This document shows, one piece after another, positions 56,088 through 64,000 of a stretch of DNA of 64,000 bases (position 1 is the stretch's first letter; each line of letters begins with the position of its first letter). A program made the position numbers and the translations under genes. The notes below the pieces were generated by a model. It saw nothing but the letters and a program-made list of their open reading frames with translations. It was not told where the DNA came from and did no database searches. Source of the DNA: Candidatus Undivivens industriae (GTDB lineage Bacteria > Omnitrophota > Gorgyraeia > Gygaellales > Profunditerraquicolaceae); assembly GCA_012514745.1 (NCBI GenBank), contig JAAYZR010000025.1:18930-82929 (forward strand), read 5' to 3'.

Positions 56088-57017
56088 TCAGCTCGCGGTG
56101 ATAATGTCGAAGAAACTCCTGATCCTCGCCTTCAAATCCTCATATCCCTTCTCTTCCAACAGGTTCTTGGACAACAGCCTGTTTTCGAAAACCTGCCTGT
56201 TCCCGTTCACGGTCCGGATCGCGAAAAGATATCTGCCGGCGAAATTGTATTTTTTGGTCACGGTGACCGCGATCACGAAATTGTCCTTATCGAATACGCC
56301 GTTCACGTCTTCGACCACGATAGCCAGCAGATAATTCTTCTTTATAAGCAGCGGAAAGGCCGTGGAAATGGGCAGGGTCATGTCTCTCTCTTTGTCCTCA
56401 ACAAAACCCACGTTGGCCATCCGCTCATGGAACAGATAGTCCTCGAATTCATCAAGCCTGCCGTAACGGTGAAAAGAAGGATCCAGCACGAAAATATCGT
56501 TGTCGCCCCGCGCCCCGCCGGCCGGCGTTATGAACAGTACCATGTGAGTGGCTTTCGGGGTCTGGAAATAACCGGACTGCACGGCGCGCGCGAACTGGAT
56601 ATCATAGGCGTCCCCGAACAGAGGCTTGACGTACTTATAGGTATAAGAAGCGAGCTCGCCGCAGGTGCCGTATCTGCCGCCTTCCAGGATAAGATTCCCG
56701 TCCTCGCCGAAACGATGTATATTGCGGACTGTCCAGAGCCTGTTTTCAGGGTCTATGCTCACGGAAACGTCTTTCTGTTCCAGCATCGGCAAACCGGAAT
56801 ATACCAGTTTCTCGATGATGCCCTCCACTTCTTTCCGAAAAGGCGGAACTGCCTCCGACTGTTTATACGATCTATCCACTTCCGGAGTCACGCGGGAGGA
56901 GAGGATGAACCATATTAGGCCGGCGACCGCCGCTGAAAGAAAAAAACAAAGCCATTTCAAAACACGTTCCTTTCTCCGCATCCGCGCGATGATGATTTTT
57001 TCCTGCTGGGAATTCAA
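56088..57017 (-). CDS. Membrane-anchored protein with transglutaminase/papain-like Cys-His-Asp triad
   Basis: N-terminal TM; YGTCGELA, THMVLFI, FVLDPSF. Confidence 0.6.
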   Translation of the reverse strand: MNSQQEKIIIARMRRKERVLKWLCFFLSAAVAGLIWFILSSRVTPEVDRSYKQSEAVPPFRKEVEGIIEKLVYSGLPMLEQKDVSVSIDPENRLWTVRNIHRFGEDGNLILEGGRYGTCGELASYTYKYVKPLFGDAYDIQFARAVQSGYFQTPKATHMVLFITPAGGARGDNDIFVLDPSFHRYGRLDEFEDYLFHERMANVGFVEDKERDMTLPISTAFPLLIKKNYLLAIVVEDVNGVFDKDNFVIAVTVTKKYNFAGRYLFAIRTVNGNRQVFENRLLSKNLLEEKGYEDLKARIRSFFDIITAS

Positions 57018-57036
57018 GTTTCTCTCCTCTCGACTG

Positions 57037-57387
57037 TCATTTTACCGCAGCCGCCGCAGGCCCCTTCAAGGCGGGTGCGGACGGCTTGTTTTTCTTTTTT
57101 TTCGCTGCGGCTTCCGCTTCAAGCTCCGACCGGATCTCCCGAAAAAGATCCTTTTCTCTTTCCAGCTCTTTGGCTTTTCTGCCGTATTCTTCCGTGAAGG
57201 CCCGGTGTTCCCGCGAGAGGTCTTTTACGAAAGCGTCCCTCGCCTCTTTCAGCTTCGCGGCATGTTTCGCTTTCGCGATACCGTCTATATTACCGATCTT
57301 CACCGCCGTGATGATGCAGGAAAAGAGCAGATACGCAAAACAGGCGGCTGTTAGAACGGCAATAATTTTCATCTTATGTATCCGCAT
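57037..57387 (-). CDS. Small TM plus coiled-coil protein, similar to the RAYT fusion C-terminus
   Basis: N-terminal hydrophobic helix, charged helix containing KDL....RA....Y. Confidence 0.65.
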   Translation of the reverse strand: MRIHKMKIIAVLTAACFAYLLFSCIITAVKIGNIDGIAKAKHAAKLKEARDAFVKDLSREHRAFTEEYGRKAKELEREKDLFREIRSELEAEAAAKKKKNKPSAPALKGPAAAAVK

Positions 57388-57490
57388 ATCTCACCGGAAT
57401 CCATGCTGGGGCGCGGACAATATGGCCGCCGCTCGCTGTTCATTTTAGCGCGGCGTCAAATCTCGCTGATCCGACGGCGCGCAGTTTACT

Positions 57491-57536
57491 CCCCTCGCCC
57501 GGAAATCCCGGAGCTTGAAGCCCGGGGAGTTTCATT
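57491..57536. repeat. IS200/IS605-like end hairpin remnant
   Basis: CCCCTCGCCCGGAAATCCCGGAGCTTGAAGCCCGGGGAGTTTCA; related to 1496-1528 (inverted) and 14686-14712. Confidence 0.4.
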
Positions 57537-57556
57537 GTTGAACCGGGAAAACTCCG

Positions 57557-58249
57557 TTATTTGAGTCTTTCGATCGCCGCGCGGATATCCCCGGCTTCGG
57601 AGGCGTCCGGTTTCAACTCCAGGTACTTACTATAGTGCTCCACCGCCTTCTCCGGGTCCTGTCTGAAGGCGTCGTAAACAACGGCAAGATTGTAATGGGC
57701 GTCGGCGTTGGACGGATCCAATTCAAGAGAACGCCGGTAGGCCTCGACCGCCTCGTCATAATATCCGGCGCCGGTATAAGCCACCCCGAGATTATAACTA
57801 TAAACGGAGCGTTCCTGTTTTATATGTTTCTGCAAAAGTAACAAGCCCTGCTGAGCTTTTTGCGCGGTATTGACGTAATTGCCGCTTTTCTTCAACTCCC
57901 CCCTGGTCTCCTCCAGCTGGCTCTTCAACAACCGCAGGTCGTTCTCCTTTTCGCTTATGCTCTGCTGGAACGCTTTCAGGTTTTTCTGCAGTGTTTCGTT
58001 GTCGTTCTGAAGTTTCGTGCTCAACGACAGGTAGGACACCGAGTCGCTCTGCAGGCGTTCGTTTTCTTTCTCTACCTTCTCTCTCTCGGCCTGCATCACG
58101 GCCAATTCTTCCTGCGCCTTCTGCATCATTTTATTCAGCTGGCCGAGCTGGCCGGTAAGATACACGTTCTTCGAATAAATACCCACCCCGATTCCCAGCG
58201 ATATTGCCAGCACCATACCCGCGGCGGCGATCAACAGTATTTTTTTCAT
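57557..58249 (-). CDS. Coiled-coil plus TPR protein, N-terminal membrane anchor
   Basis: YSYNLGVAYTGAGYYDEAVEAYRRSLELDP, AHYNLAVVYD..KAVEHYSKYLELKP. Confidence 0.82.
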   Translation of the reverse strand: MKKILLIAAAGMVLAISLGIGVGIYSKNVYLTGQLGQLNKMMQKAQEELAVMQAEREKVEKENERLQSDSVSYLSLSTKLQNDNETLQKNLKAFQQSISEKENDLRLLKSQLEETRGELKKSGNYVNTAQKAQQGLLLLQKHIKQERSVYSYNLGVAYTGAGYYDEAVEAYRRSLELDPSNADAHYNLAVVYDAFRQDPEKAVEHYSKYLELKPDASEAGDIRAAIERLK

Positions 58250-58818
58250 GGATAAGACGTCCCGCTATACTCCAGCATCCGGATAAGATACTTCACATCT
58301 TCGGCGTCTCTGGCCAGAGGGGCAAGCGTGAGATAACGCTTTAAATAAGCCGCCGCCTTTTTGTTGTCGTTCCGCTGGTGTTTATACAACAGACCCAGGT
58401 CGTAACAGACGGCTGCGTCATCGTGGTCAAACGATAACGCTTTCTCGAAAGCGTTTATCGCCTGCTCGAACTGTTTTTCTTTCAGGTACCCCTGCCCGAG
58501 CTCTTTATACAAAATGGCCTCTTCCGCTGCCGCCGCTGCGGCGGTGTCTTTTTCAGCAGAAACGGTTGTCTTAACCTTCTTTTCGCTTTTCCCCGCGGCT
58601 GCCTTGCGCCCAAGCCGCTGTTTAAGCCCCGGATCAACCTTCCCGGACTTTGAGAGAGCCGCGTTCTGCGCGTGCAGTTCCGCCACCAAGCCGGCGTTCT
58701 CCCGCTGCAGCTCTTCTATTATCCTGCGCAGTTGTTTTTCGCTATCCGAAGCGGCAAAAAGACTGCTTTGAGAAAGCAAAATACCGGCCGCCAGGACGCT
58801 CAATATTTTTCCCGACAT
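58246..58818 (-). CDS. Exported coiled-coil plus TPR protein
   Basis: GGAGGT RBS, start MSGKIL; LYKELGQGYL..AINAFEKAL, CYDLGLLY..KAAAYLKRYLTLAP. Confidence 0.8.
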   Translation of the reverse strand: MSGKILSVLAAGILLSQSSLFAASDSEKQLRRIIEELQRENAGLVAELHAQNAALSKSGKVDPGLKQRLGRKAAAGKSEKKVKTTVSAEKDTAAAAAAEEAILYKELGQGYLKEKQFEQAINAFEKALSFDHDDAAVCYDLGLLYKHQRNDNKKAAAYLKRYLTLAPLARDAEDVKYLIRMLEYSGTSYP

Positions 58819-58849
58819 TCCCACCTCCACAGCGAAACAAAGCCGCTCT

Positions 58850-58874
58850 AATTCCGGGGACACAATACTTAATT
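58850..58874 (+). repeat. REP-like unit
   Basis: AATTCCGGGGACACAATACTTAATT. Confidence 0.85.
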
Positions 58875-58940
58875 AAGAAGGACTTAGGAGGAGTATCATC
58901 GTCCTCATCTCTGCCCTCCGGGAGAAGGGGAATAAAGTAA

Positions 58941-60839
58941 TCAATACTTCTTCAACCCCTTCAATTGTAACTCCGGCCGGTTCTCCGCCGGCCCCCCGGA
59001 CGCGGGCCTGACGACTTTCTCTCCGCCGGGTGAGGATTTTTCATCCCGGCCCTCCGAAGGTGTTATTTTCTGCATCCTGCGGTTCAATATATCTTCCTTC
59101 ATACTGTCTGTAAGGACCTCGGGCGAGACCCATTTCTCCGGTTCCATCCCGGACGCCATAGCCTCTCCCGTGACTATGTGGGGCGTGAGGAAGATGACCA
59201 ATTCTGTCTTCTTGTGCAGCGAAGCCTTGCCGCCGAAGAGTCCGCCGATCACCGGTATCTTAGACAACAAAGGCACTCCGGTTATGTCGTTTCTCTTATC
59301 GTCTTTCATCAATCCGGCGATCATGATCATCGAACCGTCCTTTACCTTGACAACGGTCTCGGCTTCTGAAGTCTCGACAATAGGCACGATACTTCCCAGA
59401 CCGGTCTTAAGCGTCTCCCGGACCGAACTGACTTCCGGCTTAATCTTCAAGGTGACAAAACCGTCCTGGTTTATGGTCGGGGAAACGTTAAGCTTCACCC
59501 CCACGTCTATAAACTGGATGCTCTCGGAAGTAACGGTGGTGGTGTCTCCCTGGCTCAATGTCTGGGTCACGTAAGCCTCTCTCGCCCCGACCATTACCTT
59601 TGCTTCCTGGTTATTGAGAGCGGTAATGCGGGGGCTGGAAAGTATCTTGGTCTCGCCGTAAGTCTGCAGCAGCTGCAAAGTGGCGGTATAATCGTCGTCA
59701 TTCAGCACGCCCATGGTCATCTTCAGGTTATCCGCGGTCAACAAAGGAGACGGGGTAAAAGAAGGCGAGGCGGGAAAAGTCCCCGCGAACTTCAAGGAAT
59801 CGCTGAACACATCTTCCCAGTTGATGCCGCGCTGGTATTCGTCCTTCAGCGTGATCTGGACTATCTCCGCTTCGATAAATACCTGGCGGCTGGATTCGTC
59901 GAACGCCTTGACCATGCGCCGGATCTTCTTCATTTTATCCGGGAGGTCCGAAACGACGAGCTTGCTGGACCTCTCATCCACGTATACCTCTCCGGCGCCT
60001 CCGGTTATCACGTTCGACAGCTGCGTCTTTATGTCCGCGGCCTTTGCGTACTTGAGATCGAAGACCTCAGTTTGCAGCGGCTGGTCAAGGTCCTCGACGG
60101 TCTTCTCCATGAGATCCAATTTCTCGGGAATATCTATCAAAAGCAGGGTGCCGGAGGTCTCGTCGGCGATGATCTTGCCTATATCCGACTTGACCAGGCT
60201 CAACGCGTTGAAGACGTTGGAAGGTTTGGCGTATTTAAGCTTTACGCTCCTAAAACCGCGTTTTTCGTTGAACCTTCTGCCGTAGAGCTTCTCATACTCG
60301 GCGGAGGTCATTATATTGACTATATTCCCTTTTCTATCGCAGGCGAGGTCCTGGCTCATCAGAATGACATCCAGGGCGTCATCGAAGGTAAGTGAATTCA
60401 TGAAGATATTCACCCTGCCGGCGACGCTTTTACTCGGTACGATGGTGAGGTTCATCTTCATGGAGAGGATACGGAACAATTCCACGATATCTATCCCTTT
60501 CAGATCAAGGGATATCCTTTCCCCGGAGGTCTTGACCCCGTCCATCTTGGCCGCTGCATCCGCCGTTCCGGCGCCCTGCGGCGCAGTATCGGCTGGGGCT
60601 GGCCCGGGTAAAGATTGCCCGGGGTCCACAGGCGCTTGTCCGTTCTGCGGGCGGATGTCCGCCGAGTCTATCGGTGTGTCTCCGGGCGAACCGGCCGGCG
60701 GAGGAGACTCGGGAACTCCCCCGGATTGATCTGCGGGAGGATCCGCGGAAAAAACCGGGAAGCAGACAGCCGTCAAAAGAAAAGAAAACACGGCTATCCT
60801 TAACCGCCTCGACAATCTGCATCCTGGATTGATAGGCAT
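58941..60839 (-). CDS. gspD: Outer-membrane secretin (GspD/PilQ family)
   Basis: ISLDLKGIDI N0 domain, LKYAK N-domains, QVFIEAEIVQI, KILSSPRITALNNQEA, DVGVKLNVSPTIN, VPLLSKIPVIGGLF, KTELVIFLTPHIV. Confidence 0.92.
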   Translation of the reverse strand: MPINPGCRLSRRLRIAVFSFLLTAVCFPVFSADPPADQSGGVPESPPPAGSPGDTPIDSADIRPQNGQAPVDPGQSLPGPAPADTAPQGAGTADAAAKMDGVKTSGERISLDLKGIDIVELFRILSMKMNLTIVPSKSVAGRVNIFMNSLTFDDALDVILMSQDLACDRKGNIVNIMTSAEYEKLYGRRFNEKRGFRSVKLKYAKPSNVFNALSLVKSDIGKIIADETSGTLLLIDIPEKLDLMEKTVEDLDQPLQTEVFDLKYAKAADIKTQLSNVITGGAGEVYVDERSSKLVVSDLPDKMKKIRRMVKAFDESSRQVFIEAEIVQITLKDEYQRGINWEDVFSDSLKFAGTFPASPSFTPSPLLTADNLKMTMGVLNDDDYTATLQLLQTYGETKILSSPRITALNNQEAKVMVGAREAYVTQTLSQGDTTTVTSESIQFIDVGVKLNVSPTINQDGFVTLKIKPEVSSVRETLKTGLGSIVPIVETSEAETVVKVKDGSMIMIAGLMKDDKRNDITGVPLLSKIPVIGGLFGGKASLHKKTELVIFLTPHIVTGEAMASGMEPEKWVSPEVLTDSMKEDILNRRMQKITPSEGRDEKSSPGGEKVVRPASGGPAENRPELQLKGLKKY

Positions 60840-60873
60840 AATTAGTTTTAGGAAAAACGGCGGCAGGGTCCCT

Positions 60874-61491
60874 TCATCGGAGTTCCCATTCTCTGCCGTC
60901 CTTGCTTAATACCACCTTATCCACGTATATCTTCTTGACCTTAAGTTCGTTGACGGAATCTCCGTCATTGAGCAAATAGGTCTTGGAATTCTTGGTATCT
61001 TCTACCATCGCCTGAGGTTTCTCGGACCACAGGATACCGACCAGCTTCAAAGTGCTGACCGCCTGGGCCGTTTCCGCGGAAAGCAGATTCTCGGCCTTGG
61101 CAGGCTCTACGGAAAATATATTGTGCTTACCAGCCGAGCCAAGCAGATCTTTGAATGCCGGCGCTTTTTCCGCCGCGGCCACGGAATGAACATCCGCCGT
61201 TCCGCGGGAAAAGGCCTTCTTGAGCCTCACCGATGAATCGCTTGAAACGGATACGTAATCGTACAACAGGAACAAAGTAACCAACACCGCGGAGACAACG
61301 GACAGCTGGACCGCCGTTCTCAAAGTGAAACCTCCGGCTGGGAACTGCGAAAAACGGAAGGCAGCGCTATCCGCGTTTTCTTTGCCTCCGGCATCCGCCA
61401 GGGGACGTCTGACGGCGCCGGACGCCTGATTGCCGGGATTCTCTATTATCTTCAGCAGCCTTTCTTCCGGGGTCAGATTCTTATTTTCCAT
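60874..61491 (-). CDS. GspC/PilP-like protein (TM plus HR domain)
   Basis: TM then LKLVGILWSEKPQAMVED...YLLNDGDSV..LKVKKIYVDKVVL; immediately upstream of the secretin. Confidence 0.75.
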   Translation of the reverse strand: MENKNLTPEERLLKIIENPGNQASGAVRRPLADAGGKENADSAAFRFSQFPAGGFTLRTAVQLSVVSAVLVTLFLLYDYVSVSSDSSVRLKKAFSRGTADVHSVAAAEKAPAFKDLLGSAGKHNIFSVEPAKAENLLSAETAQAVSTLKLVGILWSEKPQAMVEDTKNSKTYLLNDGDSVNELKVKKIYVDKVVLSKDGREWELR

Positions 61492-61497
61492 ATAATA

Positions 61498-62343
61498 TCA
61501 TATATTTGCCGTGGCCGCCGTAAGTTTTACATCATTATTTATGATATCCCAGATGACCCTCGCGTCAACCGAAACCCGGTTGGACATAATCAGCGCCTTG
61601 AGCGCGTTGTGACAAAGCATTGATATCCTGCGCGGGTACCCTTTAGTATATCTGTGTATTTCGGCTATCGCGTCGTTTGTGAACAGACTTCCTCTTGAAT
61701 CGAACCCGGCAACTTTCAACCGGTAATTGATCATTTCTTTTGTCTCCCTCTCATCCAGCGGATTAAGCATATATTTCAGGCTTATCCTGTCCCAGAGATT
61801 GGGCATCTGGTTGAGTTTCGGCAGCACCTCCAGCTGAGATAACAGAACCAGCTGCAGGAGCTTATATTCGTTGGTCTCGTAATTGAGCAGCACGCGCAGC
61901 ACTTCCAGAGACGCCTGGTTAAGTTTCTGGCATTCATCCACCACCAGAACTACCGTTTTATTTTCCTGCACCCCTTTCATAAAGAGATAATCTTTCAATA
62001 TCTCCTTATAATCCAGGGTCGTGGGAGAAGGTTTCGCCGTCTCTATCTTGAAAGTCCTCACCAGCGACTCCAGAAAAATATGCTCGTTGTCGTACGTCGG
62101 ATCCAGTATAAGATGGAAGATAATGTCTTCCCTCTCCTTAAGCATTTGAAGCAATCTGCGGGAGAGCGTGGTCTTCCCCACTCCCACGTCCCCGAGTATA
62201 AGGCTCAAGCCGCGTTTAAGACGGATCTCCACCAGCAGGCGCATCAACGCCGCGCGGTGTTCCTGCGATTCATAGAAGAACTCCGGATCCGGGCTGGTCG
62301 AAAACGGCTCTTTCTCCAACCCGAGGAGCCGATAATAACTCAT
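61498..62343 (-). CDS. ExeA/GspA-like AAA+ ATPase
   Basis: GLEKEPFSTSPDPEFFY, GDVGVGKTT, VVDECQKL, LRVLLNYET, YRLKVAG, GYPRRISMLCHNAL. Confidence 0.88.
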   Translation of the reverse strand: MSYYRLLGLEKEPFSTSPDPEFFYESQEHRAALMRLLVEIRLKRGLSLILGDVGVGKTTLSRRLLQMLKEREDIIFHLILDPTYDNEHIFLESLVRTFKIETAKPSPTTLDYKEILKDYLFMKGVQENKTVVLVVDECQKLNQASLEVLRVLLNYETNEYKLLQLVLLSQLEVLPKLNQMPNLWDRISLKYMLNPLDERETKEMINYRLKVAGFDSRGSLFTNDAIAEIHRYTKGYPRRISMLCHNALKALIMSNRVSVDARVIWDIINNDVKLTAATANI

Positions 62344-62357
62344 ATTCCCCCTTCCGA

Positions 62358-62471
62358 TAGTGCGCTGTTGAATAAGTTCTTTGAACAGCGCACTGAGTCC
62401 GCCAACGTTTCAGTGGCGAGACGATCTAATTTCGATTCTCGACTATGAGAAACTTATGTAACAATGCACTA
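62358..62471. mobile_element. TA-flanked MITE-like element, copy 2
   Basis: TA-GTGCGCTGTT...AACAATGCAC-TA; internal 11-bp hairpin 62359-62369/62384-62394; right end supplies the MerR gene stop codon. Confidence 0.6.
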
Positions 62472-62696
62472 AATACCGACTATCTTTTTGCGGATCAGAT
62501 GCAAAGGATAACCTTCCTTGCTCAAGGCATTTATCCTGCGCAGACGCGACCTGACCTCTTTTTCCTCATACATACGCTGGTTACCGGACTTGGCGAGAAC
62601 CTGCAGAAGCCCCATGGCCGTGTAATAATTCAGCGTATGGTAAGGAATGTTGAATTTCCTGACCACTTCCTGCGCCGTTATCTCTTTCTTCATCAT
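62469..62696 (-). CDS. Small MerR-type HTH protein
   Basis: ITAQEVVRKFNIPYHTLNYYTAMGLL...GNQRMY....L..I..L..EGYPL..I; no effector domain. Confidence 0.8.
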   Translation of the reverse strand: MMKKEITAQEVVRKFNIPYHTLNYYTAMGLLQVLAKSGNQRMYEEKEVRSRLRRINALSKEGYPLHLIRKKIVGI

Positions 62697-62719
62697 CTTC
62701 TCTATGGCTTGGAGTTTGA

Positions 62720-62786
62720 GTAGTTACTATAACTACCGCATTTCTCTAACTTGCGATAAATATAGCATATCCAGAAAAAAAGTCAA
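62720..62786 (-). promoter_or_regulatory. Promoter plus palindromic operator upstream of the MerR-ExeA-GspC-secretin unit
   Basis: TTGACT-16 bp-TATATT with TG extension (62759-62786); perfect IR GTAGTTA-cta-TAACTAC at 62720-62736. Confidence 0.55.
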
Positions 62787-62880
62787 GACATATCGTCACC
62801 GGTGGCATGCCGTTACCGGCTTACCGGCCATGATGTCGGACGCTTTATAGCGAGAATGGATATTGGGATTTTACTATGTG

Positions 62881-63237
62881 TTACTGTATGCTTCTTCGCA
62901 GAAGCACGAGGATGGCTGAATGCGGGACGACCATGTATTTCTTGCCGTCGTATTCCATTTCGATCGCCGAAGCGCGCAGGAAGACGCACTTGTCTCCTTC
63001 TTGTGCCTGGAGCGGGAAATACTTCTGGCCCAACTCCGGCGCCGCCCAAGGTTCCGCTTCCAGGGCCGAAGGATCGGGCACGGGATACCCGGGGCCGGTC
63101 TTTACCACGGTCCCGGACTGTATCTTCTCTTTCTCCCTCACCCCCTGAGGCAGATAGAGGCCGCTTCCGGTCATCTCCTCCCCTTCATCCGGCAGTATCA
63201 ATACCCTGTCGCCGACCACTAAAAGTTCTTTATTCAT
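62881..63237 (-). CDS. Stand-alone GroES/Cpn10-like co-chaperonin with extended loop
   Basis: VVGDRVLI...TGSGLYLP...SGTVVKTGPG...PLQAQEGD...YDGKKYMVV; no groEL adjacent. Confidence 0.8.
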   Translation of the reverse strand: MNKELLVVGDRVLILPDEGEEMTGSGLYLPQGVREKEKIQSGTVVKTGPGYPVPDPSALEAEPWAAPELGQKYFPLQAQEGDKCVFLRASAIEMEYDGKKYMVVPHSAILVLLRRSIQ

Positions 63238-63932
63238 TCCCGTCCCGTCTTTAATTTATCGAGTTCTCCGTTCTTCTCTTCCAGCAAAACGAGAACCCTG
63301 GTGTATTCTTCTTTAGATATCCATTCGCTCTCCGCAGCGCGCCTGCGCTGTTCCGACAACGCTTTTCCCTGTTCCGCGGATACCTTCTTCAAAACGGCTT
63401 CCCTGTTTTCCGTGTCCCTTAATTTTTCGCAGAGTTCCTTGTTCCTGCGGGAAATATCCTGGATATGTTTCTCTTTCTCCTGAAGTTCGCGGCGCAGGGC
63501 CAGATTGGAAGAAAACTCCTTTTCGGCGTCTTTCTGCGTCTGCAAAAAGCGGGACTGAAGAGAATTATTTTCTTTGCGAAGTTTATCCAGTTCGCTCTTT
63601 TCCTTATCCCCCCAGCCCTTCAACCTCTGTATCTCTTTTTTGAATTCTTCTTCCTGCCTGCGCTTGACGTTCAGCTCCTTTTCCATCTCGTCGTGCAGCA
63701 ACTGGTAGTCGTCGTTTGCCTTTTCCAGTTCGGCTCGCAGCCTCTTGAGCTCTTCTTCAAAGCCGTGCTTCAGGGAAAACAATCCATCCTTGACAGACGC
63801 GGAGTCGGGAACGCCGCGCGGTTTTTCTTTTTTCTTCCCGGCTCCTGCGGGTTTACGTTTATGCGGCCACAGAAAAAGAAGGACCCCGGAGCTCAAAAGC
63901 ATTACTATCAATATAATTATAAGGCTATCCAT
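63234..63932 (-). CDS. Hypothetical N-terminal TM plus long coiled-coil protein
   Basis: MDSLIIILIVMLLSSGVLLFLW then E/K-rich heptads. Confidence 0.65.
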   Translation of the reverse strand: MDSLIIILIVMLLSSGVLLFLWPHKRKPAGAGKKKEKPRGVPDSASVKDGLFSLKHGFEEELKRLRAELEKANDDYQLLHDEMEKELNVKRRQEEEFKKEIQRLKGWGDKEKSELDKLRKENNSLQSRFLQTQKDAEKEFSSNLALRRELQEKEKHIQDISRRNKELCEKLRDTENREAVLKKVSAEQGKALSEQRRRAAESEWISKEEYTRVLVLLEEKNGELDKLKTGRE

Positions 63933-63936
63933 AGTG

Positions 63937-63970
63937 GAATTCCGGGGACACAATACTTAATTCGGCAACG
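63937..63970 (+). repeat. REP-like unit
   Basis: GAATTCCGGGGACACAATACTTAATTCGGCAACG, nearly identical to 18021-18054. Confidence 0.85.
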
Positions 63971-64000
63971 GCTGCGGTCGCCAACAGATTTCAACCTGTC

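Noticed and set aside
58819-63953. ORF-track N-terminal extensions (58863, 63953; likewise 6978, 14098, 17251, 17949, 25251, 38569, 55711)
   Set aside because: They start inside REP units, regulatory leaders or upstream genes; downstream ATGs with RBS or family-typical N-termini are more plausible.

Overview
This is a 64-kb bacterial chromosome segment in which every credible gene lies on the minus strand. The gene set (mcsA/mcsB, lolCDE-type, thyX, AddAB-like, secretin, giant ORF) suggests a diderm of the PVC superphylum, most likely Ca. Omnitrophota; this is inference, not tested. Positions 1-24.5 kb are housekeeping genes (mcsA, ilvE, lolD/lolC, lysS, htpX, addAB-like, mazG, thyX, glgC, DEDDh exonuclease, dnaE, guaA, guaB-like), plus an unannotated 34-aa Lys-rich microprotein. 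Positions ~24.8-62.7 kb form one large co-oriented accessory locus. Its T2SS/type IV-filament genes are split into two blocks (GspG/K/J/I, PilO, PilM-N, GspF, GspE; and TPR proteins, secretin, GspC-like, ExeA-like, MerR-HTH). Between the blocks lie a divergent F-type ATPase cluster lacking subunit a (epsilon-c-b/delta-alpha-gamma-beta), a zinc peptidase, a 4,439-aa secreted repeat protein, an orphan NifB-like radical SAM enzyme and a membrane-anchored RAYT-type HUH nuclease. A c-di-GMP-I riboswitch with a terminator precedes this central part. Intergenic spaces carry at least three small repeat families: GGGGACAC REP-like repeats, a TA-flanked MITE-like element and IS200/IS605-like end hairpins. 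No rRNA, tRNA or CRISPR array was seen. All calls come from manual motif recognition; no database searches were run.
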